Assembly (NCBI GenBank): GCA_015493575.1
Contig: WGCX01000320.1
Coordinates: 1-45,828 of the forward strand
DNA from: Desulfobacteraceae bacterium
Lineage (GTDB): Bacteria > Desulfobacterota > Desulfobacteria > Desulfobacterales > Desulfobacteraceae
Length of the DNA stretch: 45,828 nucleotides
Direction of reading: 5' to 3'
The position numbers and the translations under genes were made by a program. Each line of letters opens with the position of its first letter. Position 1 is the first letter of the stretch. Positions 1 to 8,200 of the stretch are shown one piece after another. Below the pieces are notes generated by a model, which searched no databases, was not told where the DNA came from, and saw only the letters and a program-made list of their open reading frames with translations.

Positions 1-6
1 ATCATT

Positions 7-936
7 TTAATGCCCTCCCACAAATGAAAGCATTACAGCAGGTTCAAGCAGAAGTCCTAAAAGCATTTTAACCATCACGATGAGTACAAGGGATGCAAGG
101 ATTATTTTCAGCTGGTCTCCGTTGAGTTTTTTACTTATTCTTGTCCCGAACTGGGCACCGAGGGATGAACCTATCAAAAGAATCAGGGCAAGCACAAAAT
201 CAACTGTATGATTACTGTGAGCCTGCATTATTGTCACGTTAACACAGGTAAAAAGTATCTGAAAAAGGCTCGTACCCACAACAACATGCATTGGCATTCT
301 TAAAAGATATACCATGACCGGGACCATGATAAATCCGCCTCCAACTCCCATGATTGCGGCAAGAATACCGACAAACACACCAAGTACAAGGGGCATGAGG
401 ATAGAGAGTTTTACCCTTGATTTATCAAAATATATCTGCCATGGCAGCATGCCAATAAGTTTTGCATATGTTGATTCTTTTCTGGGCTTTTCTTCAACAA
501 CAACGGCAGTTTTTGTTTTTTTAAGTCCCTGAAGGCTTTCGAGAAACATATAAAATCCCACAAACCCAAGCATTAACACATATGTGACTTTGATGAGAAA
601 ATCAGCATTTCCCGTGGCTCTTAATATTCTGATCACCTCAACTCCGAGGGTACCACCTGCAACACCGCCTATTAAAAGCAGAAAACCCATTTTAAAATCA
701 ACATTTCCAAGCCTGTAATGGGCAAAGGTCCCTGACGTTGATGCTCCGACAATCTGGTTTGAATCCGACGCAGCAGCAACCGTTGGCGGAATTCCAAACA
801 TGATAAGAAGGGGGGTCATTAGAAATCCTCCTCCAACTCCGAAAATACCTGACAGAAGTCCCACAAGCCCTCCAAGACCGAAGATCAGCAAAATATTAAC
901 ACTGTGTCCCGCTATGGGCAAGTACATGTTCCACAT
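7..936 (-). CDS. TauE/SafE (DUF81) family anion-exporter-like membrane protein
   Basis: 309-aa hydrophobic ORF. Each half carries a GVGGGF-type signature (GVGGGFLMTPLL and GVGGGFIMVPVM). AAGGAG-like RBS upstream of the ATG at 936. Confidence 0.8.
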   Translation of the reverse strand: MWNMYLPIAGHSVNILLIFGLGGLVGLLSGIFGVGGGFLMTPLLIMFGIPPTVAAASDSNQIVGASTSGTFAHYRLGNVDFKMGFLLLIGGVAGGTLGVEVIRILRATGNADFLIKVTYVLMLGFVGFYMFLESLQGLKKTKTAVVVEEKPRKESTYAKLIGMLPWQIYFDKSRVKLSILMPLVLGVFVGILAAIMGVGGGFIMVPVMVYLLRMPMHVVVGTSLFQILFTCVNVTIMQAHSNHTVDFVLALILLIGSSLGAQFGTRISKKLNGDQLKIILASLVLIVMVKMLLGLLLEPAVMLSFVGGH

Positions 937-987
937 TCTTTTTCTCTCCTTAAATGAATAATTACTTTAGATAAAATTTTCTGCCAT

Positions 988-1008
988 ACGCCCCATGGCG
1001 TTTATAAC
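988..1008 (+). repeat. Family-1 core hairpin variant (ACGCC-CCAT-GGCGT followed by TTATAAC)
   Basis: Intergenic. Same architecture as the other family-1 cores, with both stem arms changed in a compensatory way. Confidence 0.5.
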
Positions 1009-1045
1009 GGCGAAAAGCAGATAAAAAGTCCGGTGGGAGATTTTT

Positions 1046-1507
1046 TTAATATTGTGCATATTTCCCATGGACAACTTCAATACGACAGTCAACGCTGTGT
1101 TGAATTTTTTTAATACACTCTGTAAATTCAGCCTCCTTTTCCTTGTTTATTGCTTTTTGGGAAGCGCCTATGACGAGAAGATCAATTCTTCGGCTTTTTA
1201 TAAAATTGATTATTTCGTTTTTAAACTCCCCGTTTGCAGTATAATAGCCTACATTAATCCCCCTGGACCTGCCGTCCTCTATCAGGGTTTCTAAATTTTT
1301 TTTTGCTTTTGCGGAAATATCCAATATTTTTTCCATGTTTGTATCAGATGTTTTCCTGTTTTCATAGTTTGATTTTTTTTTTGTTGTGTCAGAAACAAGA
1401 AGAAAATATACCCTGGCTCTTTTCATGCGCTCGGCAAGATTTATCGCGTGAAAACAGGGATGCAGGTCAATATTTTCTGTGTCTATTCCAATCAGTATTT
1501 TTTCCAT
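1046..1507 (-). CDS. Universal stress protein (USP)-like protein
   Basis: 153 aa. N-terminal KILIGID motif and C-terminal IDLLVIG motif fit the USP alpha/beta fold. GGAG RBS upstream. Confidence 0.55.
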   Translation of the reverse strand: MEKILIGIDTENIDLHPCFHAINLAERMKRARVYFLLVSDTTKKKSNYENRKTSDTNMEKILDISAKAKKNLETLIEDGRSRGINVGYYTANGEFKNEIINFIKSRRIDLLVIGASQKAINKEKEAEFTECIKKIQHSVDCRIEVVHGKYAQY

Positions 1508-1530
1508 AACAATCTCCAGTTTCCTTTTTT

Positions 1531-1570
1531 ATCTTTTCTTATCGAATTTTATCGAATTTTATCAAATTTT
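1531..1570 (+). repeat. Four phased 10-nt T-tract repeats (ATCTTTTCTT, ATCGAATTTT x2, ATCAAATTTT)
   Basis: Read directly from the sequence. The 10-bp period matches the helical repeat. Lies just upstream of the USP-like gene start. Confidence 0.7.
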
Positions 1571-1780
1571 ATTATAAGCAATATTAGTGCCGTTGTTTAT
1601 AAATCCTTTTATATCAAATAGTTATAAATACGTCTATTGTTGGAAACCCTAAGTATTTTTCATATTGAAACATAGTGGTTTTACAATCATTTCATTCTCT
1701 TTAATAACCGGTATATCAGGGAAATATAGCAAATGTTCTTTTTGTTATGGTTTCAATTTGAAATTTTTACAGGCGTTTCA

Positions 1781-1805
1781 TAAAACTGCCATGAGGCAGA
1801 TCTGG
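1781..1805 (-). repeat. Family-1 core hairpin (TAAAACTGCC-ATGA-GGCAGATCTGG)
   Basis: Intergenic, upstream of the HTH-EIIA gene. Stem CTGCC/GGCAG. Confidence 0.6.
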
Positions 1806-2022
1806 TGATTCTCAGATTGCCTCTCAACAAATATAGAAACTCTTATTCTTAAAGGCACTTTGCAGGCGTTTCATAAAAAATAACTATTAGGGTTGCATAA
1901 TATGGTAGAATCTTTTAAAAGAAATGAACATTTAATTTTAAATCAATAATATGCCATAAAGCGGAAGCGGAGATTTTTTTGAGAAAAGGGGAAAAAAAAG
2001 AAGATATCCACGGGGATTCAAT

Positions 2023-2700
2023 ATGACAAGACTTGCCCTGTCCGAAATTGCAAAACGGCTTAACCTCCATACAGAGACATTTAAACGCTGGATCAAACAG
2101 GGTAAAATTCCTGTTACAAAAAGCGGAAATTTTGGTATATTTAATGAGGCTGAGTTAAATAAATGGGCTGCGCAGCAGCGGAGTTCATTCAGGACTGCAG
2201 GCCCTGATGAAAAAGAAGAAAATTGTTTTGTTTCATGTCCGCTTCTGTCAGCAGTCAAAGAAGGTGGATTGTTTAAAAATATCGAAGGCAGAAACAAAGA
2301 TGATGTCATACGATCTTCAGTAAGCCGTCTTTCCGGTATTCCAAATAATTTAAAATCCGAAATTTATGAGCAGATAATAAAAAGGGAGAAACTTTCCTCA
2401 ACGGGGATAGGTAAAGGTGTTGCCGTTCCACATCCGAGGTCTCCATTGAAACAGGGGCTTTCTTATCCAATGATCACAACATGCTTTCCCGATAAACCTA
2501 TTGATTTTGATTCCATTGACGGAAAGCCTGTGTTTGTTTTTTTTCTTATTTTAACCCCTTCCATTGAAGTTCATTTGAATTTGCTTTCAAAACTTTCTTT
2601 CTGCTTAAGGGACAGTACCTTTATCAATTTTCTTGAATCCGGTCCTGGTTTTGAAATTTTTCTTGATCGAATTAAAACGATGGAACGTTGTATGGAATAA
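2023..2700 (+). CDS. HTH (MerR/excisionase-type) plus PTS EIIA (fructose/nitrogen type) domain protein
   Basis: N-terminal LSEIAKRLNLHTETFKRWIKQGKIP resembles a DNA-binding HTH. The C-terminal half carries GIGKGVAVPHPR, the EIIA(Ntr/Fru) active-site His region. Confidence 0.7.
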   Translation: MTRLALSEIAKRLNLHTETFKRWIKQGKIPVTKSGNFGIFNEAELNKWAAQQRSSFRTAGPDEKEENCFVSCPLLSAVKEGGLFKNIEGRNKDDVIRSSVSRLSGIPNNLKSEIYEQIIKREKLSSTGIGKGVAVPHPRSPLKQGLSYPMITTCFPDKPIDFDSIDGKPVFVFFLILTPSIEVHLNLLSKLSFCLRDSTFINFLESGPGFEIFLDRIKTMERCME

Positions 2701-2721
2701 AGGGGGCTGTGATAATAATTT

Positions 2722-4452
2722 ATGAAATGGTTTAAGTTCTGGCGTTATCCTGGTAAATTTGATTTTTATCGATCGGATGACAGGCTGCTTCTGATTCAGA
2801 TCGGTATTGTTGTAGGGGTGTTAAGCGGATTTGCTTCAGTGGGCCTTACATGGTCGTTATCTGCCATGCTCGATTCGTTTGCTCCTTTCAGGCAGTTATG
2901 GTGGGCATTTCTCATTCCGGCGCTGGGGCTCATGCTCTCCTCTCTTTTTCTTGAAAAAATAATGAACGAGGGCGCAGGTCATGGAGTCACCGAGGTGATA
3001 TACAGTGTCTCCAAAGTCGGCGGACTGATGCGTTTACGATCCTGTTTCTCGAGATTGATTTCAAGCTGCCTGACCATAGGAAGCGGTGGGTCTGCAGGCC
3101 CGGAGGCCCCGGTTGTCATGAGCGGCGCTGCCATAGGCTCCAATATTGCCCGATTTTTCAACCTTAATGAAAGACAGAGAATCACCCTTGTGGGCTGCGG
3201 ATGTGCCGGTGCCATATCAGCGATATTCAACGCCCCTTTAACCGGTATGATCTTTTCCATGGAAATTATCCTTGGTGAATGGTCAATGGTCCATATTATT
3301 CCCATTGCAGCAGCCTCAGTTGCAGGTGCTGAAACATGCCGTTTTCTCGAGGGCAACCGTATTGCCTTTGAAAGCAGTGCTTTTCACATCACATCCTATG
3401 ACATGGCAGCATGCTTCGGCCTTGCACTAATTGCTGCCTTAGCTTCTGTCATGCTTACACGGATGCTCAGGAAAATGCACCACATATCAGTAAAAATTCC
3501 GGTGCCTTTCTGGTTGCGGGCTGCAATTGGAGGAGCCATTGTGGGACTGATAGGATTTGCTGTTCCCGACGCTCTTGGTGAAGGATACCACACAATCCAT
3601 GCCATGATCCATGGAATGTACACGGCCGGCTTGGGAGTTGCTGCCGTTGCATGCCTTACAAAGATCATTACAACCTCTTTAACCCTTGGCTGGGGAGGTT
3701 CGGGCGGTGTTTTTGCACCATGCCTTGTTATTGGAAGCTTTGCGGGCATCGCATTTCAGCGCCTGCTTTTATTTGCCTTCCCCACTGTCATGTGGTCAGG
3801 CGAGGGACTTTTTGCTCTGCTGGGCATGGCAGGTATGATGAGCGGACTCCTCCAGGCACCCCTTACAGGGTTGTTTCTCATTGTTGAGATTACGGGAAGC
3901 TATGATGTAATGGTCTCTTTGATCATTGTCTCGGCGCTTTCCACTGCCATTACCCATTATTTTGAACCCACTTCCTTTTATCTTAAAGATCTCATTGACA
4001 ACGGTTCACTGCTTCGACCGGGTACAGATCAGCGGGTTCTTTCCGATATCAGCATAAGAGAGGTGATTGAAACGGACTGTATTGCGGTGCTGCCTGATAT
4101 GCTGCTAAAGGATTTTGTTGAAATTGTAAAAAAATCCGCAAGAAATTTTTTTCCTGTGGAAGACCAGCAAACAGGCAGGTTTCTTGGTATAATTAACCTT
4201 AATAAAATAAGGCCGTATATCTTTAATACTTTTTTGTATGATACCGTGGTTGTTGAAGAGATCATGGATTCAGATCCTGAAGTGGTTTTTTATGACGATG
4301 AGCTTTCCGATGTTCTCCAGGAAATGGATTCAAAAAATTATTTCAGTATGCCAGTGATCTCCCACGCCAGATTTATCGGTATGGTGTCCAAGGCAACTTT
4401 ACTTGATAAATACAGAGATGAGCTTAAGGCCCAGACATTTCATATTGTATAG
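2722..4452 (+). CDS. ClC family voltage-gated chloride channel with C-terminal CBS pair
   Basis: 576 aa. ClC selectivity motifs GSGGSAGPEAP and GGVFAPCLVIG, about 10 TM segments, and a soluble CBS-like C-terminal region of about 140 aa. Confidence 0.85.
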   Translation: MKWFKFWRYPGKFDFYRSDDRLLLIQIGIVVGVLSGFASVGLTWSLSAMLDSFAPFRQLWWAFLIPALGLMLSSLFLEKIMNEGAGHGVTEVIYSVSKVGGLMRLRSCFSRLISSCLTIGSGGSAGPEAPVVMSGAAIGSNIARFFNLNERQRITLVGCGCAGAISAIFNAPLTGMIFSMEIILGEWSMVHIIPIAAASVAGAETCRFLEGNRIAFESSAFHITSYDMAACFGLALIAALASVMLTRMLRKMHHISVKIPVPFWLRAAIGGAIVGLIGFAVPDALGEGYHTIHAMIHGMYTAGLGVAAVACLTKIITTSLTLGWGGSGGVFAPCLVIGSFAGIAFQRLLLFAFPTVMWSGEGLFALLGMAGMMSGLLQAPLTGLFLIVEITGSYDVMVSLIIVSALSTAITHYFEPTSFYLKDLIDNGSLLRPGTDQRVLSDISIREVIETDCIAVLPDMLLKDFVEIVKKSARNFFPVEDQQTGRFLGIINLNKIRPYIFNTFLYDTVVVEEIMDSDPEVVFYDDELSDVLQEMDSKNYFSMPVISHARFIGMVSKATLLDKYRDELKAQTFHIV

Positions 4453-4460
4453 GAGGATTT

Positions 4461-5291
4461 ATGATAAAAACACTTTTACATGTATTCAGGAATACACCAA
4501 AAGGAAGAGAAGTGCTGTTGCAGTCCCTGTATTTCTGTAAACTTACCGGTGTATCAATTGTGATCTATATACCTGAACATCCAAAATTTCTCATGTATTT
4601 TGATAACGATGCTGTTCAGGTGGATCTTGATAAAACTTATCTGGCAGATCCTGCCACTGCAAAACAGCACGCAGAAGATCTTGCTGAAAAGGCGGGTGTG
4701 TTCCCAAAATTTATTAAACCCAAGAACTTCACAGCTTCCACCCTGCCTGACATTCCTGTCCATTTTGATTTCATGTGCTGCCCGAGGATAATTGCAAGTC
4801 TTTCAGCCAAGATCAGTCCCGGTCATATCGGTCCCAAGGTAAGAAGGATCATTAATACAGCAACATTTCCTGTTTTAATGCCTGTTCCCCAGTTTAAGGA
4901 ATGGAAAAGCCTTGTTGTGTTTTTCGGGGGTTCCGGTATTGATGTTAAAGAGCTTAAACTTGCCCTGTCTTTGAAAAGAGCAACCGGATTTCCCCTTTAT
5001 ATTTTTACCCAGGCGGAGAAAACACCAAAGGATTATTTTGAAGATGTCCTTGCCAAAAGTGGCCTTGACGGGGAAATTAAGAAAAATGTCAAAAAATGGT
5101 ATTTTTTCTCAAAGGGGAAATTTAAACACAATCTCTATAATATCCCCCATGATGCCCTTTGTATACTTGGAGCCTATGACAAGGAATTTGTAAAGGATCT
5201 TATATGGGGAAGTACGGTTGAACTGGTCCAGAAGACTCTGCCAAATACTTTGCTCATTGCAGGGCCCCATTATATTATTCCACCGGGGTAA
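4461..5291 (+). CDS. Hypothetical protein, weak tandem USP-like pattern
   Basis: 276 aa with a strong AGGAGG RBS. Two halves each end in a USP-like block (RRIINTATFPVLM; GSTVELVQKTLPNTLLIAGP). The family call is tentative. Confidence 0.4.
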   Translation: MIKTLLHVFRNTPKGREVLLQSLYFCKLTGVSIVIYIPEHPKFLMYFDNDAVQVDLDKTYLADPATAKQHAEDLAEKAGVFPKFIKPKNFTASTLPDIPVHFDFMCCPRIIASLSAKISPGHIGPKVRRIINTATFPVLMPVPQFKEWKSLVVFFGGSGIDVKELKLALSLKRATGFPLYIFTQAEKTPKDYFEDVLAKSGLDGEIKKNVKKWYFFSKGKFKHNLYNIPHDALCILGAYDKEFVKDLIWGSTVELVQKTLPNTLLIAGPHYIIPPG

Positions 5292-5292
5292 T

Positions 5293-6633
5293 TTAATTTA
5301 ATTCAAATTTTTTCATTTTTCTCCACAGGGTTGTGCGTGGAATATTTAAAATTTTACTGGCAAGGCCTTTATTGTTTTTGGTTATTTTGAGTATCTTCTC
5401 AATATGGTTTTTTTCCATTTCCTCCATTGTGAAAATACCGCCCCCAACAAGGGTGTCAAATTCAAGTTTCTGGAGATCAGGGGGAAAATCATCTATATCA
5501 ATAATATCTTTGTCTGCAAGCACAACAGCCCGCTGGATGATGTTTTCAAGTTCCCTTACATTTCCGGGAAAATTATATTTTACAAGGATGTCAAAACATT
5601 CCGAAGATATGTTTTTTATATTTTTACCAAAGGCATTATTGTATTTATCAATGAAAAAATTGACCAGTACCGGAATATCTTCTTTTCTGCTGCAAAGGGT
5701 GGGCAGGCTGAATGAAACCACATTCAGCCTGAAAAAAAGATCCTCCCTGAAGTTCCCGTTAACACAGGCATATTTCAGATCTTTGTTTGTGGCGGCAATT
5801 ATCCTGATGTCAAGGTCAACGGGTTCTGTACCCCCAACCCTTAAAATGCGTTTTTCCTGAAGAACCCGCAAAAATTTCACCTGCATGGATAAAGGCATTT
5901 CTCCTATTTCATCAAGGAAAACAGTACCCTTTGCCGCAGATTCCAGCAGCCCGATTTTTTTTAGCGATGCTCCTGTATAAGCACCTTTTTCGTGGCCAAA
6001 AAGTTCATTACAGATCAGTTCATCTGTAAAACCACCGCAGTTAAAGGAAACAAAGGGTTTGTTTTTTCTCTTGCTTAACCTGTGAATTGATTTTGCCACA
6101 AGTTCTTTTCCCGTGCCGGTTTCTCCCTGGAGCAGTACATTGCAGTCAATGGGAGCCACTTTTTTAATCATCGCAAAGATCTCCTGCATCGCCCTGCTTG
6201 CCCCGATAAATTCCTTGTCTAAGAGGTCATCCCCAAGGTTATTGCCCGATAAAGGGTTTTCTCTTTTATAAATTTTTTCCTGGACCCGGTTTGCAAGGGA
6301 GATTATTTCTTCAAGCCGGAAGGGTTTTGCAATATAGTGGAAAGCGCCTTTTTTAACAGCTTCAACAGCAGAACCAATGGCGCTGAATCCCGTCATCATA
6401 ATGATCTCTGAATTATTTCTTTTGGCTTTAATTTCTGAAAGGACACTCATTCCATTCATATCGGGAAGAAGTATATCGAGAAAAACCAGGTCAAAGGGAT
6501 TTTTTTCCATCCTTTTGAGAAAAGAGGCACCGGTTTGAAAGGTTTCAACAATAAAACCGTTTTTTTGAAGGTTTTTTCCAAGATTTTTACAGACTATTTT
6601 TTCGTCATCAACAATGGCAAGTCTTAGCTTCAT
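5293..6633 (-). CDS. Sigma-54-dependent response regulator (NtrC family)
   Basis: Receiver domain (LAIVDDE ... DLVFLDILLPDMNG), AAA+ domain with GETGTGKE and FGHEKGAYTGA, and a C-terminal Fis-type HTH. I trimmed the start to MKLRLAIVDD (ATG at 6633), because the 26 extra codons in the track overlap the kinase gene. Confidence 0.9.
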   Translation of the reverse strand: MKLRLAIVDDEKIVCKNLGKNLQKNGFIVETFQTGASFLKRMEKNPFDLVFLDILLPDMNGMSVLSEIKAKRNNSEIIMMTGFSAIGSAVEAVKKGAFHYIAKPFRLEEIISLANRVQEKIYKRENPLSGNNLGDDLLDKEFIGASRAMQEIFAMIKKVAPIDCNVLLQGETGTGKELVAKSIHRLSKRKNKPFVSFNCGGFTDELICNELFGHEKGAYTGASLKKIGLLESAAKGTVFLDEIGEMPLSMQVKFLRVLQEKRILRVGGTEPVDLDIRIIAATNKDLKYACVNGNFREDLFFRLNVVSFSLPTLCSRKEDIPVLVNFFIDKYNNAFGKNIKNISSECFDILVKYNFPGNVRELENIIQRAVVLADKDIIDIDDFPPDLQKLEFDTLVGGGIFTMEEMEKNHIEKILKITKNNKGLASKILNIPRTTLWRKMKKFELN

Positions 6634-8086
6634 CCTGTTTGTCCCGGTTTGTTTTATCCTGGTCTGCTTTAGCCTGATCCATTTTTTCTGCGGTGGGAAG
6701 GAAAATCGCAAAGGTAGTGCCTTTGCCGAGTTTACTGTTTACTTCGATATATCCTCCATGTGATCGGATAATCCCGTAAACAAGGGAAAGCCCGAGTCCC
6801 GTTCCTTCTCCAACAACCTTTGTCGTATAAAAGGGATCAAAAATATGACTTAAATCTGCAGGTTTTATACCGGCGCCGGTATCTGTAATATTTATTTCGT
6901 TATACCCTTCAGGTCCCGGCAGTGTTTTTATTGTCAACGTCCCTGATTCATCCATGGCCTGCACTGCATTCACCACAATATTTAAAAAAGCCTGGACAAG
7001 ATCATGGGGTTTTCCATTAATAGCAGGAAGGTCTTTTTCAATATCTTTTTCAAGCTCAACCCCGCTGAGCATCACCTGGTTTTTCACAAGTCTTATGGTC
7101 CGGTCCATGAGCTCTTTTATACTCAGTTCAACAACTTCTGCCTGTTCAGTCCTTGAAAATTCCAAAAGTCCCTTGACAACAACACTTGCCCTTTCAGCTT
7201 CGCTGATGATATCGTGAAGCATCGTTGATTTTTCTTCTTCATCCATGGCATCCATCCCAAGTTCAAGGGATTCTGTTGTTAAAGAAATATTGTTTAAGGG
7301 ATTGTTAAGCTCATGGGCGATGCCTGCGGCAAAGGTTCCAATGGATGCAAGTTTTCTTGACTGGAGCAGCTGTTCCTGGCGTGAGTGAAGCTCCTCTGCC
7401 ATTTTATTAAAGGCTTTTATTAACAGGGTAATTTCATCTCTTTTGCCCTCGGGAAAAGCAATGGGTTTAAATGTGCCGTTGGCAACTTCATCGGTTGCTT
7501 TTCTGACAAGTGATAAAGGTTTTAAAATTCCCTGGGTGAGAAGGTGAAGAACAATGCCAACGAGAATGAAAAAGCTTATCAGGAACGCTGCCGGTATGAA
7601 CATGGTGCGGTTCAGAATGCTTTTAATGCGGAGCCATTTCTTTTTTTTAAGATCCTGGGCAAAATCAACAATGGCCTTGCCTTCAACTCTTATTTTGCCC
7701 ACAAGCACTTCTTTACCCATGGGAGTTGCCTTAGAGGAAAATTTTTCAAGATAACGCCTGTAGTTGCCAAGATGTGATTTAAAATCATTGTATTCTTTTT
7801 CACCACCTACCCTTTTTATGTAAGAGCTTAACTCTTTTTCAGCAGATTCAACATCTGAAAGAAAACCCATGCAGCTGTTTAAGCTTGAAGGGTAGTGGTA
7901 ATAGGTGTAATTTTTTTCATAACGTCGCATTTCAAGGCTGTCATTTAACAGGCTGTCAAAATTCTGCATGATCACCATTTTACTTGTTAATGATTTCATG
8001 GTTTCATAATAGACACCAGCAAGAAGTCCTATGAATAAAAGGATACCTATAAAAAAGACTGTGACTCTCACAGTAATTGTTTTCAT
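6608..8086 (-). CDS. Sensor histidine kinase (TM, HAMP, HisKA, HATPase)
   Basis: H-box AHELNNPLNNI and G-boxes DTGAGI and GTGLGLS. Two TM segments flank a periplasmic-like domain. GGAGA RBS. Confidence 0.85.
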   Translation of the reverse strand: MKTITVRVTVFFIGILLFIGLLAGVYYETMKSLTSKMVIMQNFDSLLNDSLEMRRYEKNYTYYHYPSSLNSCMGFLSDVESAEKELSSYIKRVGGEKEYNDFKSHLGNYRRYLEKFSSKATPMGKEVLVGKIRVEGKAIVDFAQDLKKKKWLRIKSILNRTMFIPAAFLISFFILVGIVLHLLTQGILKPLSLVRKATDEVANGTFKPIAFPEGKRDEITLLIKAFNKMAEELHSRQEQLLQSRKLASIGTFAAGIAHELNNPLNNISLTTESLELGMDAMDEEEKSTMLHDIISEAERASVVVKGLLEFSRTEQAEVVELSIKELMDRTIRLVKNQVMLSGVELEKDIEKDLPAINGKPHDLVQAFLNIVVNAVQAMDESGTLTIKTLPGPEGYNEINITDTGAGIKPADLSHIFDPFYTTKVVGEGTGLGLSLVYGIIRSHGGYIEVNSKLGKGTTFAIFLPTAEKMDQAKADQDKTNRDKQDEAKTCHC

Positions 8087-8106
8087 CTATATTCTCCACA
8101 GAGAAA

Positions 8107-8132
8107 ATATAACAGCCATAAGGCTGATCTGG
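8107..8132 (-). repeat. Family-1 core hairpin (ATATAACAGCC-ATAA-GGCTGATCTGG)
   Basis: Intergenic between the PPS-like gene stop and the kinase start. Forms an inverted pair with the copy at 8140-8164. Confidence 0.6.
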
Positions 8133-8139
8133 ATTGGTT

Positions 8140-8164
8140 CAGGTCTGCCTCATGGCAGTTTCTA
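8140..8164 (+). repeat. Family-1 core hairpin (CAGGTCTGCC-TCAT-GGCAGTTTCTA)
   Basis: Inverted partner of the copy at 8107-8132. Confidence 0.6.
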
Positions 8165-8200
8165 AGAAACTTCTGTAAAAAAAGTTTTAAAATAAGAGTT

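Noticed and set aside
5293-6711. Long N-terminal extensions in track ORFs: 6711 for the NtrC-like gene, 31287 for parB, 37963 for PBP1A, 40412 for tatD and 13625 for tpx
   Set aside because: The extensions overlap upstream genes or repeats and lack an RBS. Internal ATGs with an RBS coincide with the conserved N-termini (MKLRLAIVDD, MTAENKK, MTKQKTK, MKLFDSHCH, MTKINLKG).
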